Shown here one piece after another: positions 28,274 through 35,904 of a stretch of 56,529 nucleotides of DNA. The stretch is from a virus (lineage: Duplodnaviria; Caudoviricetes). The translations under genes and the position numbers were made by a program. Below the pieces are notes generated by a model. That model ran no database searches, was not told the DNA's origin, and was given only the letters and a program-made list of their open reading frames with translations. Numbering within the stretch: the first letter of the stretch is position 1; each line of letters starts with the position of its first letter. The DNA is taken from the IMG/VR virus record IMGVR_UViG_3300032291_001333, positions 1 to 56,529 of that record. The stretch is one strand, 5' to 3'.

Positions 28274-28741
28274 TTAAATTGGCGGAGAAAGCTGGTTTAA
28301 CTCCGTGAACACAGGAATCATAACTGCCTCTTTTTTAGGCAGTATCTTGACCTTTTGGAAGTTTTTTAAAACCTTGGGCCGGTTAGCCATTAACTTCACA
28401 TACTGCAGATGATTCCATCGAAATACTCTGCGCTGCGACTCGTCAATCGTGACGTTGAAGTAGCCTGTGTCGCCTTGACCTTCCATCGCATCGAGCAGCT
28501 TGGACCTAAAGTGATCCGGATGCATGTCGAGCAGCGCCATGTATAGATCGAAGGTCTTGTTGTCTCCGAACAGGAACTCAATCGCATCAAGAGCAACCTC
28601 TGATTGATTCTTGCCACCGAACTCTTCCAGCTTCATCTTTGACTCACGATCTACCGGGGGGAGGCATGCGTCGCGGATAGCCTGAAGGATCACTGATGCA
28701 AATAGTCGTGTGCAGGCGCGATTCTGTGCGTTCTCATCCAT
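28274..28741 (-). CDS. Conserved phage hypothetical protein
   Basis: 155 aa, LFASVILQAIRDAC...AIEFLF motif; GGAG RBS. Confidence 0.75.
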   Translation of the reverse strand: MDENAQNRACTRLFASVILQAIRDACLPPVDRESKMKLEEFGGKNQSEVALDAIEFLFGDNKTFDLYMALLDMHPDHFRSKLLDAMEGQGDTGYFNVTIDESQRRVFRWNHLQYVKLMANRPKVLKNFQKVKILPKKEAVMIPVFTELNQLSPPI

Positions 28742-28743
28742 GA

Positions 28744-28950
28744 TTATCTCCAGATGTATTCTTTAGGTGGTGCGACCTCAGTCTTGTGGCCGCATACGTC
28801 GCACTTGTTGTGTGACCACTTCATGTCTATCCAGCTAAAAATCTTTCCGCCAAGCTTACCGGCGCATGACACGCAGACAAACTCGTTCTCCATCGGAGGC
28901 TTTACTTCTCGCGCTTCTTTTTCGTAGTAAGACTTCATGAATAATTTCAT
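28744..28950 (-). CDS. Small zinc-ribbon protein
   Basis: CVSC...CDVC; GGAG RBS. Confidence 0.7.
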   Translation of the reverse strand: MKLFMKSYYEKEAREVKPPMENEFVCVSCAGKLGGKIFSWIDMKWSHNKCDVCGHKTEVAPPKEYIWR

Positions 28951-28989
28951 AACTTCAACTCCTTTTATCGGCCAAGGGACATATTCATT

Positions 28990-29217
28990 TCAACCATTGT
29001 TTTTCTCCTTCAGTTTTTCTTGAACAATTCGCACATCTCTAGCACAACAGCCAAGGGACATTCCATCCAGTAATTCATCAATCTCTTCATCCGTCAGAAA
29101 GACCCACTTCTTCTTCTCAACCAGCGTGTCCACTATCGTCTGCTGATTGTCCAGCATACCCCGCATCTGCTCGGTGTTGGTGGCGAAGGTCTTCAGAAGG
29201 AATTCAAGTCTGGTCAT
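28990..29217 (-). CDS. Hypothetical protein
   Basis: WVFLTDEEI...EKLKEKNNG motif common in phage early proteins. Confidence 0.7.
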   Translation of the reverse strand: MTRLEFLLKTFATNTEQMRGMLDNQQTIVDTLVEKKKWVFLTDEEIDELLDGMSLGCCARDVRIVQEKLKEKNNG

Positions 29218-29438
29218 GATTGATCCTTTATTGGCTCAAAATTTTCAGAGAAATAATCGGCGGCAACCAGCCACTTGTCATCATGGTTAAACGGATTTCT
29301 TGCAATCTTGTCGCCCAGCTTTGGTGAGCCAGCCTCCGCATCGACAACGCTTATTGATACCCTCGTCATATCAAAGCCTTCGTGCCAATCCGCAAGTTCA
29401 GCTATTTTCTTGCGACGATATTGTTTGTATTCACTCAC
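29214..29438 (-). CDS. Hypothetical protein
   Basis: Likely GTG start at 29438 (GTGA overlap); GSPKLGDKIARNP.NHDDKWLV motif. Confidence 0.7.
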   Translation of the reverse strand: MSEYKQYRRKKIAELADWHEGFDMTRVSISVVDAEAGSPKLGDKIARNPFNHDDKWLVAADYFSENFEPIKDQS

Positions 29439-29611
29439 GATTGCTCCACGACTTTCTCGGATGGTTGCATTTTCTCCGTAGCACAGTAAAAGCCATGACA
29501 GAATGCAGCCTCGTAAATATCCCTTAACGTCATTTGATCTAAATCCCAAACTTGCCGCCAGCATTCGTATGCGGATTCAATTTCTACTTTTATGTCAATT
29601 TCGTCATCCAT
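29435..29611 (-). CDS. 58-aa protein missing from the ORF track
   Basis: AGGAG RBS; MDDEIDIKVEIESAYECW...EQS*; fills the gap between neighbours. Confidence 0.65.
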   Translation of the reverse strand: MDDEIDIKVEIESAYECWRQVWDLDQMTLRDIYEAAFCHGFYCATEKMQPSEKVVEQS

Positions 29612-29924
29612 TAGATTGCTCCTTATTCAGCGCGGCGAGGGCTTCAAATACTCGCGTCGTTGCCTGTTCAGTGTGATACCGGCCCTTGCAGTCGCGCATG
29701 TTCTCCGCCGCCACCACCAGATTGATTATTTCTTTGGCGTGGTTGCGGAAAAAAGCGATTAGCTCGGCGTTTTGCTTATCGTTTTCCTGCGAAGTCGTAA
29801 CAATGAACTCAAATGCGCTATTGGGGCCAATAACAGCCCATTGCGGGTCTTGCCATTCAGTAGCACCCCACGGCCCATCCGTCGCCTTCGCTTCTAACTC
29901 TTTAAGAGTGTCTGTGAATTTCAT
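29604..29924 (-). CDS. Hypothetical protein (ATDGPW / NAELIA family)
   Basis: KATDGPW...QNAELIAFFRN motif; GGAGG RBS. Confidence 0.75.
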   Translation of the reverse strand: MKFTDTLKELEAKATDGPWGATEWQDPQWAVIGPNSAFEFIVTTSQENDKQNAELIAFFRNHAKEIINLVVAAENMRDCKGRYHTEQATTRVFEALAALNKEQSNG

Positions 29925-30143
29925 TTACCCTCCGCTGCGCGGATATGTTTGTAAGAAAACAAGCAGTTCCAGCACCCCCTCCCGCCTTCCTTCTTCACGC
30001 GCTTGGGTGAGGGCGGATTCGGGGTAGAGGGGTAGGTTATAGCTAATCTTTGCCGCGCTAGGCATACCTTCTTGTGTTTTGTTCATCGCCACTCGTCCGT
30101 CATCAGTCATCCACGCCACCGGCTTAATCTTCTCGTCAGTCAT
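29925..30143 (-). CDS. Hypothetical protein (PVAWM family)
   Basis: KPVAWM...PLY motif. Confidence 0.7.
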   Translation of the reverse strand: MTDEKIKPVAWMTDDGRVAMNKTQEGMPSAAKISYNLPLYPESALTQAREEGRREGVLELLVFLQTYPRSGG

Positions 30144-30478
30144 TTCAGTTCCTTTATCGCGGAGTCGATTGCGGAATCTAGTTTTTCAAGGCTTGCAATT
30201 TCCATTTCCGTTCCTCTGTTAGCTGGAACATATATCCTTGCTCTTGTGCCAAACTCACGCAGCCACCGATACCGTTCCGCATCCTTACTCGCCTCCGCCA
30301 GCAGCCGCGTCTTTTCTGCGAGTTCGCGTTCAAGCTGACGCGCAAAGTCAATATTTACAGTGCGTGTCTGTGCTATTCCAGTCTTGTAGGTTGGCTCTGC
30401 ATCAGTCCTCGGTGTATCGCTCATTTCTTTCCTCGCTTCCATGCGTCGCATAATTCCATCAAGAAACGGATCGCTCAT
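30140..30478 (-). CDS. Hypothetical protein (SDTPRTDA / DAERYRWLR family)
   Basis: MSDTPRTDA, FARQLEREL, KDAERYRWLR motifs. Confidence 0.75.
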   Translation of the reverse strand: MSDPFLDGIMRRMEARKEMSDTPRTDAEPTYKTGIAQTRTVNIDFARQLERELAEKTRLLAEASKDAERYRWLREFGTRARIYVPANRGTEMEIASLEKLDSAIDSAIKELK

Positions 30479-30987
30479 TTCTTCACCCCCGCTTGCTCGA
30501 TAAGTTTGGCGAACAACACACTAAACAGAGCAATGCCGTCAGCGCAAGTTTTTACAGTGGATATGTTTAAAATGCCCGCTGCGATTTTCCGCATTTCCTC
30601 GCTCGGCTCCTCGCCAAGTTTCAGCATCGCGGCTATGGTGGCTTCTGCTGCTTCGGCGCGTGATTGCCAATGCTGGCTAGTGTTTTCCCAAGCAACACCG
30701 TTTGCCTTTTCCTCTTTCAGCAGGTCGCGCAGGGTGTCGATGTGTTTTGCAAAAACAGCCAGCACAGGAACTCCAAACGGCTTCCATCCTGTTTTCAATG
30801 CTTCTCGGTAGCCGACCAACTCAATAGGTTCATCCGGCACCTGCACATCATCAATACGCTTGAGGCGCTCAAGGCTGGCGAGGATGGCGCGGAATTCCTT
30901 GCTTTCCAGATGAATGCGCGTAACAGCTACGCTATTTCCAGACGTTGATTTCTTTATCAGCAGTTCAATCTGCTCGTCAATCGTCAT
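30475..30987 (-). CDS. Hypothetical protein
   Basis: 170 aa, ATGA overlaps at both ends. Confidence 0.7.
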   Translation of the reverse strand: MTIDEQIELLIKKSTSGNSVAVTRIHLESKEFRAILASLERLKRIDDVQVPDEPIELVGYREALKTGWKPFGVPVLAVFAKHIDTLRDLLKEEKANGVAWENTSQHWQSRAEAAEATIAAMLKLGEEPSEEMRKIAAGILNISTVKTCADGIALFSVLFAKLIEQAGVKK

Positions 30988-31277
30988 TTAATCACCTCCG
31001 CAGATTTAAGTTTTTTGGTTTCACCGTCGAAAGTTACTCGTAGATCATGCGGGTCTTCGCAAGGACCAATTGTTTTCTTGCACTTAATTAGCTCTCCGTC
31101 ATCGACGTAATACAGATGCACCACATCCGGCTTCGGCGTGGGCTTGATGCGGTATTTGCAAGCAGCGTAAAAGGTCGGATGACGACTTGGTTTCCACTGG
31201 TCAACGCAAAGATCATAAATCTCAATCTCCGCACCCTCCGCCCATGCGTGGATCAGGTCTGCGTGTTTGTGTCTCAT
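30984..31277 (-). CDS. Hypothetical protein (HKHADLIHAWAEG family)
   Basis: HKHADLIHAWAEGAEIE...YRIKP motif. Confidence 0.8.
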   Translation of the reverse strand: MRHKHADLIHAWAEGAEIEIYDLCVDQWKPSRHPTFYAACKYRIKPTPKPDVVHLYYVDDGELIKCKKTIGPCEDPHDLRVTFDGETKKLKSAEVIK

Positions 31278-31453
31278 TTTCGCTTCCTCATCACCGCAGG
31301 AAACGGTTGATCCAAGACTTCCCGACGATACCGTGCGAACGTCACAGCAATGTCCGTATGCGCAGCGTCAGTCGGCAGAAACTTGTTGCCAGCATCAAGA
31401 ATGTAGATGCCTCGATTCCGTAGATACTGAACAGCATTCTCCAATTTCTTCAT
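31274..31453 (-). CDS. Hypothetical protein
   Basis: Likely start MKKLEN at 31453 after GAGGA. Confidence 0.65.
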   Translation of the reverse strand: MKKLENAVQYLRNRGIYILDAGNKFLPTDAAHTDIAVTFARYRREVLDQPFPAVMRKRK

Positions 31454-31629
31454 GTCCTCTCCCATTTTCCGTTGTCAGCACTGCCGATTACTTGCGACTG
31501 ATCGAAAATTAAATACAATGCATCCTCATCGCAAGCGTGATACTCGCCATCGTGGAAAACAACGTAGTAGAGACTACGCCGCTCCCCACTGTCCTTGATT
31601 GCCTGTCTAATCGCCTGATTCAGTTTCAT
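31450..31629 (-). CDS. Hypothetical protein
   Basis: Likely start MKLNQA at 31629. Confidence 0.55.
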   Translation of the reverse strand: MKLNQAIRQAIKDSGERRSLYYVVFHDGEYHACDEDALYLIFDQSQVIGSADNGKWERT

Positions 31630-31798
31630 CGTTAATCTCGTTGAATGCTGATTGGTCTTCCATAAAAAACCAGAGTTCGGAAACGCTGCCGTGCCGATCC
31701 ACAATCTCCATGCGAACATACGGACCTGCAGCGCCGTCTTCGTTTTTGTTCTTTACAACACGGTTGATTTTGACGCCGTGGAATGTCATGTCAAACAT
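31607..31798 (-). CDS. Hypothetical protein
   Basis: 63 aa, GGAG RBS after a UUCG hairpin. Confidence 0.65.
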   Translation of the reverse strand: MFDMTFHGVKINRVVKNKNEDGAAGPYVRMEIVDRHGSVSELWFFMEDQSAFNEINDETESGD

Positions 31799-31837
31799 AA
31801 TTCTTCTCCATTAAATCGGGGCCGAAGCCCCTGTTGA

Positions 31838-32104
31838 TTACTTGCTGGTGACGCGCACCGTGATGACGGCAGCGACCTTAGTGTTTTTGCTGATGACTTC
31901 AGCCGGAATGTTGCACTCAGCAGCAACAGCTTTCCAGTCAACCGTGTTGCGATTGGCGAGGATCACGTTAGCGCGAAACAGTTCGCCGTCATGCTTGCCA
32001 TCACCAAGGTCGATTACCTGCGCCTTCAGAGCTTTGATTTCAGCATCCAGTGCATCCTGTTGAGCCAGCAACACACCAAGGCGATCAATTTGTTCGGTCT
32101 TCAT
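31838..32104 (-). CDS. Early hypothetical protein
   Basis: AAGGAG RBS; IDRLG.L...VDWKAVA motif; first gene after a promoter. Confidence 0.8.
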   Translation of the reverse strand: MKTEQIDRLGVLLAQQDALDAEIKALKAQVIDLGDGKHDGELFRANVILANRNTVDWKAVAAECNIPAEVISKNTKVAAVITVRVTSK

Positions 32105-32147
32105 TTGTCTTCTCCTTTTATCTCGTAGCGTTCTTGCTACAGTTCAA

Positions 32148-32175
32148 ATAATACGCTTTTCAGAACAAAAAACAA
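32148..32175 (-). promoter_or_regulatory. sigma70-like promoter (TTGTTT-N16-TATTAT)
   Basis: Shares GCGTATTAT with the other early promoters; weaker -35. Confidence 0.6.
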
Positions 32176-32183
32176 CTGGTTTT

Positions 32184-32399
32184 TTATACAGTAGTAACTT
32201 TTTTTTCTACTTTGAATGCTGTTATTTTGCTCACCTCGGCCAAGACACGCACAACACCGTCATCGCTCTGTGCCGTGTGCTTCGATCCACGGCTTCCGGT
32301 GCATCGTGCAAAGGCAATAGCGTTCAGAGCCTCTTCCTTCGATACAGCCTCTGTCACCAGCCATTTGCTGCCATCGACTTCAATGATTTCGCTTTTCAT
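32184..32399 (-). CDS. Hypothetical protein
   Basis: 71 aa, AGGAG RBS. Confidence 0.7.
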   Translation of the reverse strand: MKSEIIEVDGSKWLVTEAVSKEEALNAIAFARCTGSRGSKHTAQSDDGVVRVLAEVSKITAFKVEKKVTTV

Positions 32400-32452
32400 T
32401 ATTAGCTCCTAAACTGTTTAGATTGCTGCTGGATGCGGTTCATGGTTGGCTC

Positions 32453-32734
32453 CTAAGCGGCAGCTTTTTCGTATTTACGAATAAACGTGCGGAGCTTTTT
32501 AACCTCTCGCCGCGCCCATGCCGCGTTGCATCCGTCATGCTCCATTTCACCAATCAGAGCATCGTTGTTCATGTGTCCGCCTTCGTAGAAGCAGGACAAA
32601 ACGTATTTGGCTTCGTGAACAATCTCGGCATCGGTGTAATCCTCAATTGCCTTGTGATCGTCCTCGCTGATGTTGTTAAGCGTAGAAGCAAGCTCATCAA
32701 TTGCCATCGCTGCTTTAATGATTGCTCTGCTCAT
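32453..32734 (-). CDS. Early hypothetical protein
   Basis: Likely start MSRAII at 32734 after AAGGAG; first gene after a promoter. Confidence 0.7.
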   Translation of the reverse strand: MSRAIIKAAMAIDELASTLNNISEDDHKAIEDYTDAEIVHEAKYVLSCFYEGGHMNNDALIGEMEHDGCNAAWARREVKKLRTFIRKYEKAAA

Positions 32735-32777
32735 CTCACTCTCCTTTTCACTCACCGCCCCATGCGGTATGGGAGTG

Positions 32778-32805
32778 ATAATACGCCTTTCCGAACACCT
32801 GTCAA
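32778..32805 (-). promoter_or_regulatory. sigma70 promoter (TTGACA-N16-TATTAT)
   Basis: Near-copy of the 27261-27288 promoter. Confidence 0.8.
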
Positions 32806-32815
32806 CACTATTTTC

Positions 32816-32829
32816 TTGACCTAGGTCAA
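32816..32829. promoter_or_regulatory. Palindromic operator TTGACCTAGGTCAA
   Basis: Perfect 14-bp palindrome, identical to 27299-27312. Confidence 0.7.
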
Positions 32830-32836
32830 TTTTTTC

Positions 32837-32862
32837 AAAAAAAACCCCCGAATTAACGGGGG
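32837..32862 (-). terminator. Rho-independent terminator ending the replication/modification operon
   Basis: CCCCCG-TTAATT-CGGGGG followed by T8 on the minus strand. Confidence 0.75.
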
Positions 32863-32905
32863 GAAAGAGGGAGAAGACCGGCAGGGGTATACCGGCAGTC
32901 TTAGT

Positions 32906-33223
32906 TTAGAGCTTCTTGGTATCCACAACAAGTAACTCCCGCTCAATCAGTTCTCGCATAGTGCTTCGATGAGCCATGTCCCAGACGATCCGCTTCTCCT
33001 CGCGGGTCATGCTCTTGCCGTAGTCGATCTGGTAGTGGCAGGCGCAGCATAGAGCGGCCAGCATTGAATCGGAAGTCTTGTGCCCTATGCCCCTGCCATC
33101 CGATAGCTGGTTGCTGTGGGAAGCCTGCGTAGAGCCTTCCAGACCGCAGTTCTGGCAGGGAAGGCTTGCCACCGCTCGGCGCAGTTTCTCGTTGCGATAG
33201 GGCTTTTCTTTAGGGATTAGCAT
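32906..33223 (-). CDS. HNH-like Zn-binding protein (DUF968/DUF1364-like)
   Basis: LPCQNCG...QASHSN...G.G.K.SD...LCCACH...D; likely ATG at 33223. Confidence 0.75.
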   Translation of the reverse strand: MLIPKEKPYRNEKLRRAVASLPCQNCGLEGSTQASHSNQLSDGRGIGHKTSDSMLAALCCACHYQIDYGKSMTREEKRIVWDMAHRSTMRELIERELLVVDTKKL

Positions 33224-34079
33224 GATTGCTATAAACCATTCCGTAATTGTTAATGCCAGCAGGCACATGCGCCTCAGGTTTTCTGATCAATTCATTTTTG
33301 AAAACCTTGTAATTCACATGATGATGCCAACGATTAAATCGCCAAACCACGCGAGCTACATCAGGATGCAAATCAGCAAGCATTTTGCTTTTTGGCATTG
33401 TTCCTTCTGCAGAATAAAAGTCTTTAGTGTTACCACCAGACATTCTTTGCGTAGTAACTTTGCCGCACAAAAACGCATTGAATTGAACAGTTACCAATCC
33501 ATCCTTTAATACACGCAAAGAAAGATCAGTATCCTCGTTATATCTGCCTCGCCATCTGTAAGGAATATCATTTCTAATCAATAAACATGAATATATGCGG
33601 GTGTTTAGAATGAATGCTGGCAATGCATCGGTTGATTTTGCAAACGAATAATAATTTGGACCTGCTATTGCTACGTTTTCATACCGCTCAACAAAATCTT
33701 CCATTGCACGAAGCGTAGCGCCAGTTCGAACTTCGTCTTTGGTGTTTTTGTATAATCGGTGAAACGCATCGAGGTTGTCGTCCATTACCCAATGCCATTT
33801 AGCGCCAGATGCGACTGCGTGATCCCAGCAGAAATTCCTTGCTGCGCCGGGACCCACACTTTTTGTTCTGCCAAGATCATCGCAAGTATCGTATTGATTC
33901 AAGTATTCTTCAGGCAAAACCATGATCTTATTCCGGCGAATTACTGAGGCATATTGCTCAAGCTCATGGCCCTCAACAACAATGAAGAAAGGAACTCCCA
34001 TCGCATCAAGCGCCTTTGCGGTAAGCCTGCTCTCCCACCGACCTTTTGAGACTATGTAAACAGGATGTTTAGGATTCAT
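33210..34079 (-). CDS. TET-associated/GREB1-like glycosyltransferase (TAGT), putative DNA-base glycosyltransferase
   Basis: PVYIVSKGR, ARNFCWD, HWVMDDN, RIYSCLLI, WRGRYNEDTDLSL, GGNT motifs; likely ATG at 34079. Confidence 0.8.
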   Translation of the reverse strand: MNPKHPVYIVSKGRWESRLTAKALDAMGVPFFIVVEGHELEQYASVIRRNKIMVLPEEYLNQYDTCDDLGRTKSVGPGAARNFCWDHAVASGAKWHWVMDDNLDAFHRLYKNTKDEVRTGATLRAMEDFVERYENVAIAGPNYYSFAKSTDALPAFILNTRIYSCLLIRNDIPYRWRGRYNEDTDLSLRVLKDGLVTVQFNAFLCGKVTTQRMSGGNTKDFYSAEGTMPKSKMLADLHPDVARVVWRFNRWHHHVNYKVFKNELIRKPEAHVPAGINNYGMVYSNHANP

Positions 34080-34293
34080 AATCAACCCACAATCCACGTT
34101 GACGCTTTTCTAACTCTGGAAACCAAATAGCTTTTGTTTTTGGCGTTAATTTTTGACCAATCAATGTTGCAAACTTTTCCAAGTCCTCTTGATTTCTGAA
34201 CCGTATATTTATTGCTGCAAACGGTTTTTTTTCATCTTGGACAAATTCAGGCATTCCTACCCACTCACCGCGCCAATCAAAATTGTTTTCCAT
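34069..34293 (-). CDS. Small protein coupled to the TAGT gene
   Basis: EWVGMPEFVQ...IRFRNQEDLEKFA.LIGQ.LT.KTK.IWFP; overlaps the TAGT start. Confidence 0.75.
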   Translation of the reverse strand: MENNFDWRGEWVGMPEFVQDEKKPFAAINIRFRNQEDLEKFATLIGQKLTPKTKAIWFPELEKRQRGLWVDYES

Positions 34294-34298
34294 GATTT

Positions 34299-34631
34299 TT
34301 ATTTAAGCATCTTATCGACGTTGCGGTTCGTCGCCTCTTGGCTGCGCCAGATTTCGATACGAGCCTGCGCGGCAATCATGTCCCATCGAAGCTTCTCTTC
34401 AATCTCGACAGCCTCTCGGATGCCTTTGAGCAGGTCCTGATACTCAGGGTGCGCGTATGCCCAATGCTCGCGCTCGGCTATGGTCTTTTCCGGAGACTCA
34501 CGGAACAGGATCGCCTTCTTCGACTTGCGAAACTCTTCCAGATAAATTCGTTCTGCTCGCGCCTTTGCATACTTCGGTGCGTTCTTCAGGATGTAATTCA
34601 CTGCGTCATTCGGATCAATATCAAAACTCAT
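34299..34631 (-). CDS. Conserved helical phage protein
   Basis: Likely ATG at 34631; YLEEFRKSKKA...EREH.AYAHPEY...IEIWRS motif. Confidence 0.75.
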   Translation of the reverse strand: MSFDIDPNDAVNYILKNAPKYAKARAERIYLEEFRKSKKAILFRESPEKTIAEREHWAYAHPEYQDLLKGIREAVEIEEKLRWDMIAAQARIEIWRSQEATNRNVDKMLK

Positions 34632-34942
34632 TTCATCACCTCTCTCAGTAGTTGTATTGCATTTCCACTCTTGACCATCTTCCCGGTAAACCGGAACACC
34701 GTCCAACCTATCGCTGCAGCTTCATTGTATTTCTCACAATCCGCCTCAAATCCGCTTCCTCTCGTATGCCTCCCTCCGCTCCATGTCCCACCTTCAATCT
34801 CGACCGCAATCGACTGATCCAGCCATGCAAAGTCAAATCGCCACTTTCTCACCGGATGGAAGCGATGCTCAGTCACGTAGCCTCCGATCCCAACCATCTT
34901 CAACTGAGACTCAAACAGGACTTCTAGCTGACTACGCTCCAC
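34628..34942 (-). CDS. PD-(D/E)XK / Vsr-like (DUF559-type) endonuclease
   Basis: EHRFHPVRKWRFDFAW...IAVEIEGG...GRH...DCEKYNEA..IGW.V.RFT; likely GTG start at 34942. Confidence 0.85.
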   Translation of the reverse strand: MERSQLEVLFESQLKMVGIGGYVTEHRFHPVRKWRFDFAWLDQSIAVEIEGGTWSGGRHTRGSGFEADCEKYNEAAAIGWTVFRFTGKMVKSGNAIQLLREVMK

Positions 34943-35136
34943 ATGCCGCGCTGCCCCTTGTTTCCCGCCGTCCACTGCTGGCGGATGTCTCGCTCCAGAT
35001 TCTGCCTTCGCGGCTGGTGTAGCTTTACTAGATAGCCTTGCAGCCACACCTTCCCATCCGGTCCGCGTCGAATTCTTTCTGCGATTAGGTGTCTTACTTC
35101 GCATCGGTGTCTGTATTCTTCTGATTGATTATCCAT
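34924..35136 (-). CDS. Hypothetical protein
   Basis: SEEYRHRCEVR...QW..GN.G..G.W motif. Confidence 0.7.
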   Translation of the reverse strand: MDNQSEEYRHRCEVRHLIAERIRRGPDGKVWLQGYLVKLHQPRRQNLERDIRQQWTAGNKGQRGMWSVVS

Positions 35137-35148
35137 CTCGTCACCTTA

Positions 35149-35355
35149 TCAGGTATTCGCTGTTGCGTATACCACTATTTGCTTTGCGTAGTTTATTTCG
35201 CACATTGCGCAGACTCGACGGCCATCGTGGTTGTCGTGCAAAACTTTCTTGCCAACTTTAAAACCGCCAGTGCTAAACATCTTGCAGGCAGTGTCATTGC
35301 CTATCCAGATGTGCGCCGCAGTATTCTTACGCTTCTGATTAAATAGATATTTCAT
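35149..35355 (-). CDS. Small Cys/His zinc-binding protein
   Basis: AHIW...DTAC...VCAMC. Confidence 0.7.
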   Translation of the reverse strand: MKYLFNQKRKNTAAHIWIGNDTACKMFSTGGFKVGKKVLHDNHDGRRVCAMCEINYAKQIVVYATANT

Positions 35356-35398
35356 GAGGGTTTCCTATACCAACCGAGGGAGTAAGGGAGCAGAGGAG

Positions 35399-35750
35399 CC
35401 AAAACATCCCCAACCCATAATTAAATGAGTTAGGGAGTCTTGGCGTCACCAACGTCGGTCGTTCGGTCGCTGTTGTCGCCAGAAGAGAGAGCATCATCTC
35501 TTCATAAATCGGGGATTTTGACGTTGATGCGTCAAGTCTGTCTGCCCCCGATTGACTGTCAGTTTTATCCTGTGATGTTATCTAGGGAACCTTCAGCCAA
35601 CTTCCGCAGATTGCCGTTCAGCAGCCTTCTTGTCGGCACGACCAATACGAGTAAGAACGTAACGGGGATGCGATCCGGACAGTTTGCACTGGAGCCATCT
35701 TCTCTACCTCCCCTACACCGATAAAACCTCGTATCGGCCCGTTCAAAAGA
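35399..35750 (-). ncRNA. Candidate structured non-coding RNA region
   Basis: No long credible ORF; several stems (35399-35443 with G-U pairs on the minus strand; 35507-35553 enclosing 35518-35535; 35718-35737). Confidence 0.4.
35618..35698 (-). CDS. Possible 26-aa peptide
   Basis: GGAGGT RBS, then MAPVQTVRIASPLRSYSYWSCRQEGC*. Confidence 0.35.
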   Translation of the reverse strand: MAPVQTVRIASPLRSYSYWSCRQEGC

Positions 35751-35900
35751 AAAAATCATACGGCTTGGGTTTCAGGTCGCGGTGATGATGGGCGCAAGCA
35801 ATACGAGCAGTCGCTCATCAAGACCGAAACCCAATGCGTATGATTTCGTCGTATTGCTTTACGCTCCACCGCTGAAGCGACCCGTCTTTTTCACAGGCAG
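35745..35900 (-). ncRNA. C4/CI-like antisense-attenuator RNA
   Basis: Long stem 35753-35846 followed by a U-tract; loop 35796-35806 and bulge 35779-35784 are complementary to upstream 35849-35859 and 35867-35872. Confidence 0.6.
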
Positions 35901-35904
35901 GTGA

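Noticed and set aside
35440-35759. ORFs 35440..35724 (+) and 35565..35759 (-) as real genes
   Set aside because: No RBS, atypical composition, and they overlap the terminator stem and other RNA structures
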